From positions 160,001-224,000 of the forward strand of contig CBDBFU010000020.1 in NCBI GenBank assembly GCA_965205025.1: 64,000 nucleotides of DNA. The letters are read 5' to 3'. Source of the DNA: Candidatus Poribacteria bacterium (GTDB lineage Bacteria > Poribacteria > WGA-4E > WGA-3G). Shown piece by piece: positions 1-9,967 of the stretch. The position numbers were made by a program, and so were the translations under genes. Within the stretch, counting starts at the first letter, position 1. Each line of letters starts with the position of its first letter. The notes beneath the pieces were generated by a model that was given only the letters and a program-made list of their open reading frames with translations, had not been told where the DNA came from and made no database searches.

Positions 1-597
1 AGTAACGCCTGCCCCTATTTTAAGATTGTATTTATCATTTGCATAGATAATCCAAGCATCTGGTGTTGCTGAAGATGCTAAATCAACAAGAAGATCAATC
101 TGGTCATAATTTACGATATTCTTCATCATAGGGATTTCTGATAAAGGCTTCCCACTTAAATCAGTTTCAAACACTCCGGCTATTTCCGTTCCCATCCCAA
201 GGATCACTTGGGTTGATCCCGGACGAAATCCGAGAAACACATAGTCTTCTCCATCTACGGCATTTACTTCTTCTGCCACTTCCTTGATTAATGTACTTGC
301 TAAGGTTGTTCCATCAGAAATTAGTGTAAGTGCAATAACATTCACCCCTTTACGAAAACATTGAATAAGTACTGCTCTTGCCATGGGGTTAAGTTCTGCT
401 AACGAAGAGGGTCCATAGTCAAAAGCGAGCATGATTGTTGATTCTTCAGGAAGATTCTCAATGTAATTAAATAGATTAAGTGTCGGTTCAGAAATAGTTA
501 CTGGTAAATTCACTGAAAACAACATTGGGATTATCACTGCTAAAGCAACCAATATAAAGACATATCTTCGATCCATGTTGACAAGTCGTGTAAACAT
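1..597 (-). CDS. Conserved hypothetical membrane-anchored protein, partial (runs off the left edge); third gene of the DUF6754-type cluster
   Basis: Not in the ORF track. Read manually from ATG at 597, 3 nt after the upstream stop: MFTRLVNMDRRYVFILVALAVIIPMLF...LAFDYGPSSLAELNPMARAVL...YVFLGFRPG... Open to position 1, with an N-terminal TM helix. Confidence 0.85.
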   Translation of the reverse strand, partial: MFTRLVNMDRRYVFILVALAVIIPMLFSVNLPVTISEPTLNLFNYIENLPEESTIMLAFDYGPSSLAELNPMARAVLIQCFRKGVNVIALTLISDGTTLASTLIKEVAEEVNAVDGEDYVFLGFRPGSTQVILGMGTEIAGVFETDLSGKPLSEIPMMKNIVNYDQIDLLVDLASSATPDAWIIYANDKYNLKIGAGVT

Positions 598-600
598 TAT

Positions 601-1299
601 TTAATCCCCTCCTCCCAGATATGATCGTTCAATACCTAATATAATACGAATGGATTGTGAGATAACACCTAAACTTACACCGAGAATAATACCTCTTCTT
701 GCAGATAAGTTAGGATTATCCAATATCCATTCACGTGCTGCAGATGCTTGATTCTCTATACCAAAAAAGGAGAGACCTGTCCAGGACATAGTCGTATTCC
801 ACATGATACCTGTCCAGGACATAATCTTATTCCACATGAGATCTCCTACAGGTACATTCCCAAGCATAACTATCAATGCTGTTACCAGTAGTAGGGTAGC
901 TTCGAACGACCTTGCACGGAATGCTCTATAGGCAGCAGATGCAATAAAAAATGCGAGCAATGAAAACATCGTTGCATCCATTGGTACTTGAACATTTGTG
1001 TATAACCATACAAATACTGGATTCTCTGGACCGAATGTACCACCAATTAGAACCATTGTAATTAGACCAGCGAAAACAACAAAACTATACCCCCAATGTT
1101 CAGAACGACGTTGAATTCGGTTAATATGTGTCTGTATAAGCGTTATCGTAGCTAAGATAAGTGCAAATGGTCCTATAATTAATGCCCCATCAATTACTCT
1201 TTTAAAGATACTTTTGGATACAGGATGTGGACTAAACTGTGTAAAAATCATCACTACCCCGAAAAGGAAACAGAGAGCTAATGGAATTTGTCGCTTCAT
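601..1299 (-). CDS. Conserved hypothetical multi-pass membrane protein (about 6 TM)
   Basis: ORF 601..1341. Start reassigned to MKRQ (ATG 1299) because GGAGGT lies just upstream and this removes the overlap. Hydrophobic, with motif ATMFSLLAFFIASAAYRAFRAR. Confidence 0.85.
   Translation of the reverse strand: MKRQIPLALCFLFGVVMIFTQFSPHPVSKSIFKRVIDGALIIGPFALILATITLIQTHINRIQRRSEHWGYSFVVFAGLITMVLIGGTFGPENPVFVWLYTNVQVPMDATMFSLLAFFIASAAYRAFRARSFEATLLLVTALIVMLGNVPVGDLMWNKIMSWTGIMWNTTMSWTGLSFFGIENQASAAREWILDNPNLSARRGIILGVSLGVISQSIRIILGIERSYLGGGD
775..840. repeat. 33-bp in-frame tandem duplication (2 copies)
   Basis: acctgtccaggacatagtcgtattccacatgat / acctgtccaggacataatcttattccacatgag, encoding MWNKIMSWTGI-MWNTTMSWTGL. 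Confidence 0.85.
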
Positions 1300-1307
1300 A
1301 TTACCTC

Positions 1308-2495
1308 CTATCTCACATTCTGTAAAAGAGTAGTGATCCAATTAATACCAGATAATTCAAGAATAACACCTAAGACGATCAATCCAAATATGAAAAGTTT
1401 ACCCCAATCCTGTCCCCTTAGACTTCCAAGTAGCATAGGTTCTCTGGATAGATAAGCACTTGCTGCATATAGTTCTTCACCTATAAGGGTATAATCACAC
1501 GCTGCTATAAAGAATGGAAGTTGTGCTTCAGAATCTGTCCCGGCAATTTGTATTGCCCCGATAGAGTTCCCAGTTTCAGCCAGAATTAGTGATTCGGCAT
1601 AGAATGTGCCTTGTAGGAAAATCGCAGCCGGTTTTTCACGAAGCATCATACCATCAACACCTGCAGCATAGGCAAATTGACTTTCAGTTAGGAAGAAGAT
1701 ATTGTCCTCATTATATGCATCTGGCCGTCCTTCATCTAAATAAGAGGTTTTTACCATTTCACGTACAACATTTAGGACAATAGGGTCATTACATGGAACA
1801 CGTAATGGGGTTTCATAATCTGCTGTTCTACGTGCAACTTGTCCAAGAATTGTCATACTGGCAATAGTTGCAACATTACTCACACTCCCTAAACCTAATA
1901 CATACAATATTGACCGTCCCATCTCTGTGGCTCTGCCAATAGCTTCATCCACGGCTTCCAAACCAGGAATACGTCGGACAAACACATCTTTTCCACCTTT
2001 GGCATAGTAAATATTTCCAACAATAACTACAGAAAATAGCAACATTGCTAATAAGAGTGGTATCTTTCCAGTATTAAAAAATTGAGCGGTCGGTGAAATG
2101 GTATCTGTGGGTTGGGAGTCTGTAGTCTCACCCGTTTCAGTTACTGCCTGGATAATATAGGTAAATGTATTCAGTCTACTCACAGTGGAATCTTCATGCT
2201 TATCTTCATACTTACATAGATTGGTTTTTTGGTCAATTACATCCTCAAGGCTTAATTGTTCACCAAGCTTATTATACTCAGCACCATCTATACTACTGAG
2301 AATATTGTAACCAACTATTCCACTACCTTCTTCAGGTACATCCCAGGTGACAGTGATACTTGATCCATCGTCGTTAGGGGTGTCTTTGGCAACTACATTT
2401 GTAGGTGCAGCCGGTCCTTGGCAGTAACCCAATGATGTCCATAGGAATAGTGTGGTACATACAGCTATCCATAGACAAATCTTGTTGTGTTTCAT
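1308..2495 (-). CDS. Fibronectin type III-like domain plus DUF6754-like membrane protein
   Basis: Signal peptide, Fn3-like segment (APTNVVAKDTPNDDGSSITVTW), a TM helix, then RRIPGLEAVDEAIGRATEMGR...DYTLIGEELYAASAYLS, which I recognise as DUF6754-type. Confidence 0.75.
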   Translation of the reverse strand: MKHNKICLWIAVCTTLFLWTSLGYCQGPAAPTNVVAKDTPNDDGSSITVTWDVPEEGSGIVGYNILSSIDGAEYNKLGEQLSLEDVIDQKTNLCKYEDKHEDSTVSRLNTFTYIIQAVTETGETTDSQPTDTISPTAQFFNTGKIPLLLAMLLFSVVIVGNIYYAKGGKDVFVRRIPGLEAVDEAIGRATEMGRSILYVLGLGSVSNVATIASMTILGQVARRTADYETPLRVPCNDPIVLNVVREMVKTSYLDEGRPDAYNEDNIFFLTESQFAYAAGVDGMMLREKPAAIFLQGTFYAESLILAETGNSIGAIQIAGTDSEAQLPFFIAACDYTLIGEELYAASAYLSREPMLLGSLRGQDWGKLFIFGLIVLGVILELSGINWITTLLQNVR

Positions 2496-2531
2496 AAACT
2501 TCCTTTTACAATGTTAGAGTATTTTATAGAA

Positions 2532-3620
2532 TTAATAACATTCGATAATTGCATCTTTCACTTTTGTTTCAGGTATATCGTCCCGTATGACAACTTTACC
2601 TATTCTTGTTGGTAATATTAGACGTAATGTTCCATCAATTACTTTCTTATCGTGGAACATGGCAGCGCAAATTTTTTCATGAGAATGTTCTTGAGGAAAG
2701 GTTAGCGGTAATTTAGCGTGTTTTAATAGTCTGTGTTGTCGTTGGAAATTGGATTCAGAAAATATCCCTATATTGGTTGCTAACCGTGCGGCACAATTCA
2801 TTCCAATAGAGACTGCTTCCCCATGTCTGTATTTTTTATATTCAGTTACTGCTTCAAGTGCATGACCAAATGTATGTCCATAGTTAAGCACCATTCTGAG
2901 TCTACTCTCTTTTTCATCCTTAGCTACTATTTCTGCTTTTCCAGCACAAGCTTGTGAGATCATCTCAACTAAAATTTCTTCATCTAAACCTACTATTTTA
3001 TCAAGATTTTCTTCGACTAATTTAAACAAGGATTCATCTCGTATCACACCCATTTTTATAACTTCAATTAACCCAGCGCGAATATCTTTTTCTGGAAGGG
3101 ATTCAAGTGTATTTACATCTATCAATACTAATTTCGGTTGATGGAATGCCCCAATAAGGTTTTTTCCTTTTGTATGATTAATCGCAGTTTTTCCACCAAC
3201 ACTTGCATCCACTTGTGCTTGTAATGTTGTTGGGACCTGTACAATCGGAATACCCCGCATGTATACAGCCGCTGCAAATCCTGCTAAATCCCCTACTACA
3301 CCCCCACCAAGAGCAATTACTATTGATTTTCTATCAAACTGTTTTTCAATTAAAAAATCCTGTATTCGAGAAAACTGTTTTAATGATTTGCTTCCCTCTC
3401 CAGACGGTATTTCAATGCTATATATATCTAAACCTTGTTTACCAAGACTACTTAGAGCGATTGGTGTATATTGTTCAGTAATAGATGCATCACTTACCAC
3501 AAGTACTTTGGAAGGTTTTAATTCCTTAATTAGATATTCACCTATCTGTTTTAGAATATCTTTTCCCACATAAATGGGATAAGAATGATCCTTTAATTCA
3601 AGATGTAAGATATTGGTCAC
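2532..3620 (-). CDS. aroB: 3-dehydroquinate synthase
   Basis: Motifs GGGVVGDLAGF, PTTLQAQVDASVGGKT and LNYGHTFGHALE. Confidence 0.97.
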   Translation of the reverse strand: MTNILHLELKDHSYPIYVGKDILKQIGEYLIKELKPSKVLVVSDASITEQYTPIALSSLGKQGLDIYSIEIPSGEGSKSLKQFSRIQDFLIEKQFDRKSIVIALGGGVVGDLAGFAAAVYMRGIPIVQVPTTLQAQVDASVGGKTAINHTKGKNLIGAFHQPKLVLIDVNTLESLPEKDIRAGLIEVIKMGVIRDESLFKLVEENLDKIVGLDEEILVEMISQACAGKAEIVAKDEKESRLRMVLNYGHTFGHALEAVTEYKKYRHGEAVSIGMNCAARLATNIGIFSESNFQRQHRLLKHAKLPLTFPQEHSHEKICAAMFHDKKVIDGTLRLILPTRIGKVVIRDDIPETKVKDAIIECY

Positions 3621-3650
3621 AGTCTCGTTTATCTACCTATGTAAATCCTT

Positions 3651-4190
3651 TTATAAGGAAACAGTATTGTTGTATATCTCTTTTATGTGTGAAATCACAT
3701 CATTAAATGTTTTTTCAGTCGTATCTACCATATAATCCGCTTTGGAATAAAATTGTGCACGATCATTTAACATATTTCGTATTGTATCCATTGGGTCTGG
3801 AGTTTGGAGAAGTGGACGGTGAGTTTGGTGACCAATTCTACGAAAGATCTCTTCTGGGGTTGCGGTAAGACAGAAAATGATCCCATATTCCTTGAGAATT
3901 CTCATGTTTTCCTCTCTTAAGACAACTCCCCCTCCAGTTGAGATCACATGGTTTCTAAGTTTGGACACTTTAATTACTGCTTCAGTTTCTAAATCTCTAA
4001 AAACCTGCTCTCCATCTTGCGCAAAAATATCACTTATCCAACGTTGACTGTCCCTTTCAATGACATTATCTGTATCAATATATCGCATCCGCAGATGGGA
4101 CGATAACCGTTTACCAATTGATGTCTTACCTGTTCCCATAAAACCGACAAGTACTATATTCGAATTACTTTTTATCAGCCGATCCACCAA
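3651..4190 (-). CDS. aroK: Shikimate kinase
   Basis: Walker A GFMGTGKT, plus STGGG and RPLL; adjacent to aroB. Confidence 0.96.
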   Translation of the reverse strand: MVDRLIKSNSNIVLVGFMGTGKTSIGKRLSSHLRMRYIDTDNVIERDSQRWISDIFAQDGEQVFRDLETEAVIKVSKLRNHVISTGGGVVLREENMRILKEYGIIFCLTATPEEIFRRIGHQTHRPLLQTPDPMDTIRNMLNDRAQFYSKADYMVDTTEKTFNDVISHIKEIYNNTVSL

Positions 4191-4249
4191 TTTAGTATTA
4201 CCTCATCAGGAATTTTATTTAGAACAATACATTATCATATATTATGTGT

Positions 4250-4278
4250 ATTATACATTATGTCTAAACTCTTGTAAA
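4250..4278 (-). promoter_or_regulatory. Putative sigma70 promoter for aroK-aroB
   Basis: Minus strand TTTACA-N17-TATAAT, about 60 nt upstream of aroK. Confidence 0.55.
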
Positions 4279-4401
4279 GATTGAAGTAATTTGGGTATGT
4301 AATCTTTTTGTCACTTTACTAAGTACCAATACAATCTCAATTCCAAACACATCCGATCAGAATTTACCGATTACAAGAAATTCTTCAATACATCACTGCA
4401 C

Positions 4402-5235
4402 TTATTTACCTAAAGCTTTCGGGGGTTTTGACGTTCCTACTAAACCTGCCAGTACTACCATTGTTAATATATGTGGAATAGACTTCAATAATTGATCTGG
4501 AATCCCCCAACGATTTTCTAAACCTAAGGTGGCAGCAAAACCGAAAAGAAGACACGCTGCTACCCCATTGAGTGGACGCCAATTACCGAATATTACAGCT
4601 GCCAATGCGACATAACCTCTACCGGCTGTAATACCTTTTGTAAAAATATGTACATTTGAGGACAGAAAACAACCACCAAGTGATGCTAAAACTCCACTTA
4701 TTATTACTCCGAAATACTGCCATCTTGCGCGACTTAAACTGAGAGTTTTTAATGCTTCAGTTGATTCTCCCGCAGCACGTAAACGTAATCCCCATGGAGT
4801 TTTATATAGAAATAAGTGGCTTAAAATCATTATTATTGGCACCAATAAGACTAAAATACTATATACACCGAGGAGTGGTATTTTTACCTCTGGTAATCCC
4901 GGTACACGTTCAGAAGTAGGTATGAGATATTCAGTGACCCCTAATGCGAATATGTTGATTGCTAATCCTGTAACAATGTGCTCTGCATGGAAAGTAATCG
5001 TTGCTACAGCATGAATTAGGGCTAAGATGATACCTAAACAAACACCGAATAGGAGTCCAATCCATTCCGAACCGGATATTTGTGCACCTATAACATATCC
5101 GTATGCACCTATTAACATCATTCCCTCTAAGGCGATATTTATAATACCTGACCTTTCGGAATATATGCCACCTAAAGCCGCAAACCCTAAAGGAGTGGTC
5201 AATCTCAGTGTACTTGGAATTAACTGAAAAATCAT
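4402..5235 (-). CDS. ABC transporter permease, nucleoside/simple-sugar type (NupQ/YufQ-like)
   Basis: SERSGIINIALEG, GLRLRAAGE and GRGYVALAAVIFGNW (BPD_transp_2 family). Confidence 0.9.
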   Translation of the reverse strand: MIFQLIPSTLRLTTPLGFAALGGIYSERSGIINIALEGMMLIGAYGYVIGAQISGSEWIGLLFGVCLGIILALIHAVATITFHAEHIVTGLAINIFALGVTEYLIPTSERVPGLPEVKIPLLGVYSILVLLVPIIMILSHLFLYKTPWGLRLRAAGESTEALKTLSLSRARWQYFGVIISGVLASLGGCFLSSNVHIFTKGITAGRGYVALAAVIFGNWRPLNGVAACLLFGFAATLGLENRWGIPDQLLKSIPHILTMVVLAGLVGTSKPPKALGK

Positions 5236-6293
5236 TGATTCTTTATCTTTGTATATCCTTCCATACAGACTAATCCTATTATGAGTAAACCTTGACCGGC
5301 AATAAACAAACCATGAGGAATATCTAATAAAAGTTCTACATCCAATGCAACTTTACTCAGAAAACCAAACAATATCGCCGCAGCAAATACACCAAATGGA
5401 TGATTTCTACCCATGAGAGCAACAGCAATTCCTGTGAATCCCCATCCTGGAGAGAAACTATGTACGAATCTGTAATGATATCCTAAGACATCCGCAACAC
5501 CTGCCATTCCTGCTATTGCACCGCTTAGAGTCATAACCCAGATTGTGACTGTTCCAGGATTTATACCTCCATAAGCTGCTACTTCTGGTGAATTCCCAAC
5601 TAAACGAAGTTCGTATCCCCAACGTGTGTATTTTAATAAGAAATAAAACATCATTACGACAACACAAGAAATGAGAAAGCTGGCATTTAATAGATTACTT
5701 TGAGGAAGTATGGGTAACCATACTGCTAATTTAGGAAGTTTTGCTGAATCATGGATTTCAGCTGTCTGTGGTTCCATTTGACCTGGATCTTGATAAACAG
5801 AGGTAACTAAATAGCTCATAATTGCAAATGCAATGAAGTTCATCATGATTGTATTTATTACTTCATGTGCTCCATATCTTGCCTTTAGTATCCCAGGAAT
5901 TGCCCCCCATATTCCACCGAAGACTATTGCTGCTGCCAGACAAAACGGAATTAGAATAAATGAAGGTAAATCCAAATGTATTCCTATCCAAGTTGCTGCA
6001 AAACCGGCAACATAAAGCTGACCTTCACAGCCAATATTAAATAAACCAGCCTTATAGCCAATAGCGACGGCAAGACCGGTAAAGATTAAGGGTGTTGAAT
6101 TGAATAAGATACTTCCAATGTCATCTATACTTGAGAATCCACTGCTAAGGATAAGTTGGTAGAACTCCCAGGGACTTTGTCCTCTAATGATTAGGGTGAC
6201 TCCGCATAAAACGAAAAATCCGATGATAGCAAGTACTGAGGGTAAGAAAGTATGCAGGAGATGTCTTACTTGAATAAATGGGGTCGTTGACAT
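5232..6293 (-). CDS. ABC transporter permease, nucleoside/simple-sugar type (NupP/YufP-like)
   Basis: GLFNIGCEGQ, HEVINTIMMNFIA and GFTGIAVALMGRNHP; 4-bp ATGA overlap with the next permease. Confidence 0.9.
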   Translation of the reverse strand: MSTTPFIQVRHLLHTFLPSVLAIIGFFVLCGVTLIIRGQSPWEFYQLILSSGFSSIDDIGSILFNSTPLIFTGLAVAIGYKAGLFNIGCEGQLYVAGFAATWIGIHLDLPSFILIPFCLAAAIVFGGIWGAIPGILKARYGAHEVINTIMMNFIAFAIMSYLVTSVYQDPGQMEPQTAEIHDSAKLPKLAVWLPILPQSNLLNASFLISCVVVMMFYFLLKYTRWGYELRLVGNSPEVAAYGGINPGTVTIWVMTLSGAIAGMAGVADVLGYHYRFVHSFSPGWGFTGIAVALMGRNHPFGVFAAAILFGFLSKVALDVELLLDIPHGLFIAGQGLLIIGLVCMEGYTKIKNQ

Positions 6294-6363
6294 TATATTA
6301 CTTGTAGATGCATTTTATAGTATTTATTTTATAGTATTTATAATTCTTAGGTAGTCTCATTGA

Positions 6364-6392
6364 TTGACAACAAATTACAAACTTGATATAAT
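6364..6392 (+). promoter_or_regulatory. Consensus sigma70 promoter
   Basis: TTGACA(6364-6369)-N17-TATAAT(6387-6392), a perfect consensus upstream of the aminotransferase. Confidence 0.7.
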
Positions 6393-6643
6393 ATAACCCG
6401 TAATTTAGGTTGATTATATTACTTTCATATTGTGTTTTTGTTAGTATAACATAGGTATTATACAAACACAATTTTGATAATTACTAAACTCAATTTATTC
6501 CTTAATTATATAGAATCCATTGCCGTTTATATCAAAACCATTAGGATGATTAGCCTAATAGACTCATATAATGAACAAAGACAGATACCATATTTACGAT
6601 TGAATTGAAAACGAATAATTAGATAATATACTAAGGCAAACTA

Positions 6644-8068
6644 ATGAATAAAACAGACCAAACAAAAACAGAAGTTTCCTCCAAAGATATCCCAGCATTA
6701 TTGGGTGGCACCCCAGTTTTTGATATATCTGAAGAGAAACCATTTCCTATATTAGATCAGTGGAAGCAGATTACAGAAGATGAGCCGAAAATCGTTAACG
6801 AAATGACAAAACGGAACGAATTGTCTGGGAAATCAGCTATTCTTCAAGACTTCGAACGGAAATGGCGTATACGTCATAACACAGAATACGCGGTATGTAC
6901 AACAAATGGCACAGCAGCATTACATAGTGCGATGTTTGGTCTGGGTGTTGGTCCTGGTGATGAAGTTATCTGTCCTACATATACTTGGATGGGTTCCATT
7001 ACTCCAGCTTTAATGTTGATGGCTAAACCTGTTTTCTGTGAGGTTGATCCTAAGACATTAGTAATTGATGTTGATGATGTACGAAAGCGTATTACAGACC
7101 GTACCAAAGCCATAGTCGCAGTACATCTTTGGGGTAATGTCTGTGATATGGACAGTTTAATGTCATTAAGTAAAGAATCAGGTGTGCCTGTATTAGAAGA
7201 CTGTTCCCATGCCCATGGGGCATCCTACAAAGGAAGAACAGTCGGTAGTATCGGAAATGTAGGAGCATGGAGTTTACAAGGTAGTAAAGCTGTAAGTGCC
7301 GGAGAAGGTGGTGTACTTGCTACAAACGATGTTAAAATATTCGAACGTGCATGTATGTTAGGGCAAGTAAATCGATCCATTGATAGCATTGGAGATCCTA
7401 AACTAAATCCTGCGGAACTTAGATATTCTCATCTACCTCCTATGGGATTAGGGGTAAAATACCGGGCACATCCATTAGCAATTGGTATAGCAACAATACA
7501 GTTAGAAAAACTTAATGAGTTAAATACGAATCGTCGGACATATATTCGAGAAATTAATAAAGGATTACAAGATATAAATGGTGTGAATCCTATTGCTCAA
7601 TATAAAGGTGCTGAACCTGCAGCTTTTTTCGGATTTCCGATTCATTATATTCAGGAAGAGATGCACGGTCTTCCTGCCCCTGTCTTTGCAGAAGCTTTAC
7701 GAAGAGAGGGGGTGTTAGCCAATAATAATCCTTATCCTCTATTGGTTGGAGACGGTGTACCTGTTTTTTCAGGTGGTCTGCCTACTAACAGTAACCCATA
7801 TCCATTACTACATACTTTACCACTCTTTTCTGAAGGTGTTGACATATTTACGAATGGTCGTGGTTCATTGTGCTCCCCTGAAAATGGTGGTGATTATGAA
7901 GGATATTCACCTGGAGACCTACCGGTTACAGAGACAATCTGTTCACAGTTAATTTTTTTACCGCTATTAACGAAACCCGTTTCTGGTGCTGCTGAACGAA
8001 TTCTTACTGCAATTCGTAAAGTATCTGAAAACTCACAAAAGATAGTCAACTCTTTAGAGAATAGATAG
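6644..8068 (+). CDS. DegT/DnrJ/EryC1/StrS family PLP-dependent aminotransferase
   Basis: NGTAALHSA, GPGDEVI, EDCSHAHGA and SLQGSKAVSAGEGG (PLP lysine). Confidence 0.92.
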   Translation: MNKTDQTKTEVSSKDIPALLGGTPVFDISEEKPFPILDQWKQITEDEPKIVNEMTKRNELSGKSAILQDFERKWRIRHNTEYAVCTTNGTAALHSAMFGLGVGPGDEVICPTYTWMGSITPALMLMAKPVFCEVDPKTLVIDVDDVRKRITDRTKAIVAVHLWGNVCDMDSLMSLSKESGVPVLEDCSHAHGASYKGRTVGSIGNVGAWSLQGSKAVSAGEGGVLATNDVKIFERACMLGQVNRSIDSIGDPKLNPAELRYSHLPPMGLGVKYRAHPLAIGIATIQLEKLNELNTNRRTYIREINKGLQDINGVNPIAQYKGAEPAAFFGFPIHYIQEEMHGLPAPVFAEALRREGVLANNNPYPLLVGDGVPVFSGGLPTNSNPYPLLHTLPLFSEGVDIFTNGRGSLCSPENGGDYEGYSPGDLPVTETICSQLIFLPLLTKPVSGAAERILTAIRKVSENSQKIVNSLENR

Positions 8069-8257
8069 GTCAAACTTCTTAAATACCTCAATAAAGTCAC
8101 ATAACATCTAATTGACCATTCTCAAACTAACTGTAGAAGTTTTTTACAATCTGAATTTCTTTTATATTTTAGTCTGTAGTTTCTGATTTATCACCTTATT
8201 TACAATAGAAAATGTAAATAGTTCTAACTCCCATTTCTATTTAACAGAAGTAAAACT

Positions 8258-9967
8258 ATGACAATAGAATTTTCAAATGTAACTCGATCTGATAATATCA
8301 ACACATTAAAATCAGAACCTTTAGATGTATTAGTAATTGGAGGAGGTATTGTCGGGGCAGGTTTAATTAGAGATCTTGCATTAAATGGTGGTATAAAATC
8401 AGGATTAATTGATAAAGGTGATTTTGCATGTGGAACGAGTAGTGCCAGTTCACAGTTAATACATGGTGGTTTTCGTTATATATCAAAGTTAGATATTGGT
8501 CTTGTGAGACAATCTCGTAAGGAACGTGAAATACTCCACCACACCGCTCCTAATCTTGTTAAACCGATTCCTATTGCTATTCTTTGTTATAAGGATGATC
8601 CATATCCATTTTTGGGAGTTGATTTTGCTGCACGTGTATATAATCGTCTATCAAAATCGAACCAAGATGAAAAATCTGAAGTTATTCGAGATTGTAAAAG
8701 GATTGAAAACCTACTCGGTCCTATTGCTACTGAAGATCTAAAGGGTTGCGTTGTATTATGGGATAGTCAAGTTGATGATGCAAGATTAACACTTGCTATT
8801 CTCAAGGATGCACATCAACATGGTGGAGTAATTTCCAATTACATACGTTTTTTGGGGTATAACAAGTTGCCTGATAATTCTAATCCCATGTATATAGTAT
8901 CCGTAGAGGATGTGATTTCAGGGAACCGATTTGAAATTACAGCCAGACGAATTGTATCTGCTACAGGACCGTGGACAGATCAAATATGGGAGAAAGATCC
9001 AAGTTATGATGGACACCCACGCTTGGTAACAAAAAAGGCTAAAGGAATACACATAATCCTTCCTCGGTGCGCGGATACCTCTACAACTGTTCCATACGGA
9101 ATAGTAACAATTACTCAGTCAGAAAAAAATAAAAATGAGAAACAAAGAGCAATATTCATTTTACCTGGTCAACATGACACTTCTATAGTCGGAACAACTG
9201 AAACTACCCCAGAAAATGAACTTGAATCCGTATGTTCATCTAAGAAAGAGATAGATTACCTGCTATCGGAAACAAAACGTGTTTACCCCAATCTATCACT
9301 CAATAAAGATTCAATCATCGGATCTTATGCTGGTGTACGTCCACTGATTGCTAACAATGGTTCACCAAGTCGTATCAGTTCCCGTTCTGAGTTTGTATCA
9401 AGAGATCATCTCATCACTGATAGTCCAAGCGGCATTTTGTATGTATATGGCGGGAAATTAACAACACATAGACAGATTGCCGAAGAGACCGTTGATTATA
9501 TTGCAGATTCTCTAAATGTTACCAGAGATTGTAAAACTGCGTTGTTACCACTACCTGCAGCAATATCAGATGATATACCAAGCGGTAATACCCCAGATAT
9601 AGATACTGTAACATGCTCAACTTTTGCTGATGTCAGAGATAGATTAATCCATCGATATGGTATGCAAGGGTATTCTAAGATCACTAAGCTTATATCTGAG
9701 GATTCAACACTTTCTGAACCTATCTCTGAAACGTTACCATTTATTAAAGCGGAAATTGTATACTCATTTTGGGGGGAAATGGCTATTACACTTGAGGATA
9801 TACTCTGGCGACGTACCCGTATAGGATGGACACAAGGACAAGGGATGGATATTGCAGGTTCTATAGCAGAATTCATTGGAGAGAAAAATAATTGGAATCA
9901 AGCAAGAATTACAACAGAAGTTGAGAAATATAACAAACGTATAGACCTATTGAATTCGAATATATAG
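8258..9967 (+). CDS. glpD: FAD-dependent glycerol-3-phosphate dehydrogenase/oxidase
   Basis: GGGIVGAG, GTSSASSQLIHGGFRY, GVRPL, GGKLTTHR and LEDILWRRT. Confidence 0.88.
   Translation: MTIEFSNVTRSDNINTLKSEPLDVLVIGGGIVGAGLIRDLALNGGIKSGLIDKGDFACGTSSASSQLIHGGFRYISKLDIGLVRQSRKEREILHHTAPNLVKPIPIAILCYKDDPYPFLGVDFAARVYNRLSKSNQDEKSEVIRDCKRIENLLGPIATEDLKGCVVLWDSQVDDARLTLAILKDAHQHGGVISNYIRFLGYNKLPDNSNPMYIVSVEDVISGNRFEITARRIVSATGPWTDQIWEKDPSYDGHPRLVTKKAKGIHIILPRCADTSTTVPYGIVTITQSEKNKNEKQRAIFILPGQHDTSIVGTTETTPENELESVCSSKKEIDYLLSETKRVYPNLSLNKDSIIGSYAGVRPLIANNGSPSRISSRSEFVSRDHLITDSPSGILYVYGGKLTTHRQIAEETVDYIADSLNVTRDCKTALLPLPAAISDDIPSGNTPDIDTVTCSTFADVRDRLIHRYGMQGYSKITKLISEDSTLSEPISETLPFIKAEIVYSFWGEMAITLEDILWRRTRIGWTQGQGMDIAGSIAEFIGEKNNWNQARITTEVEKYNKRIDLLNSNI

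Noticed and set aside
6312-6340. Short tandem ATTTTATAGTATTT x2
   Set aside because: Only two copies of an AT-only-like unit in an AT-rich spacer; too weak to support a function.
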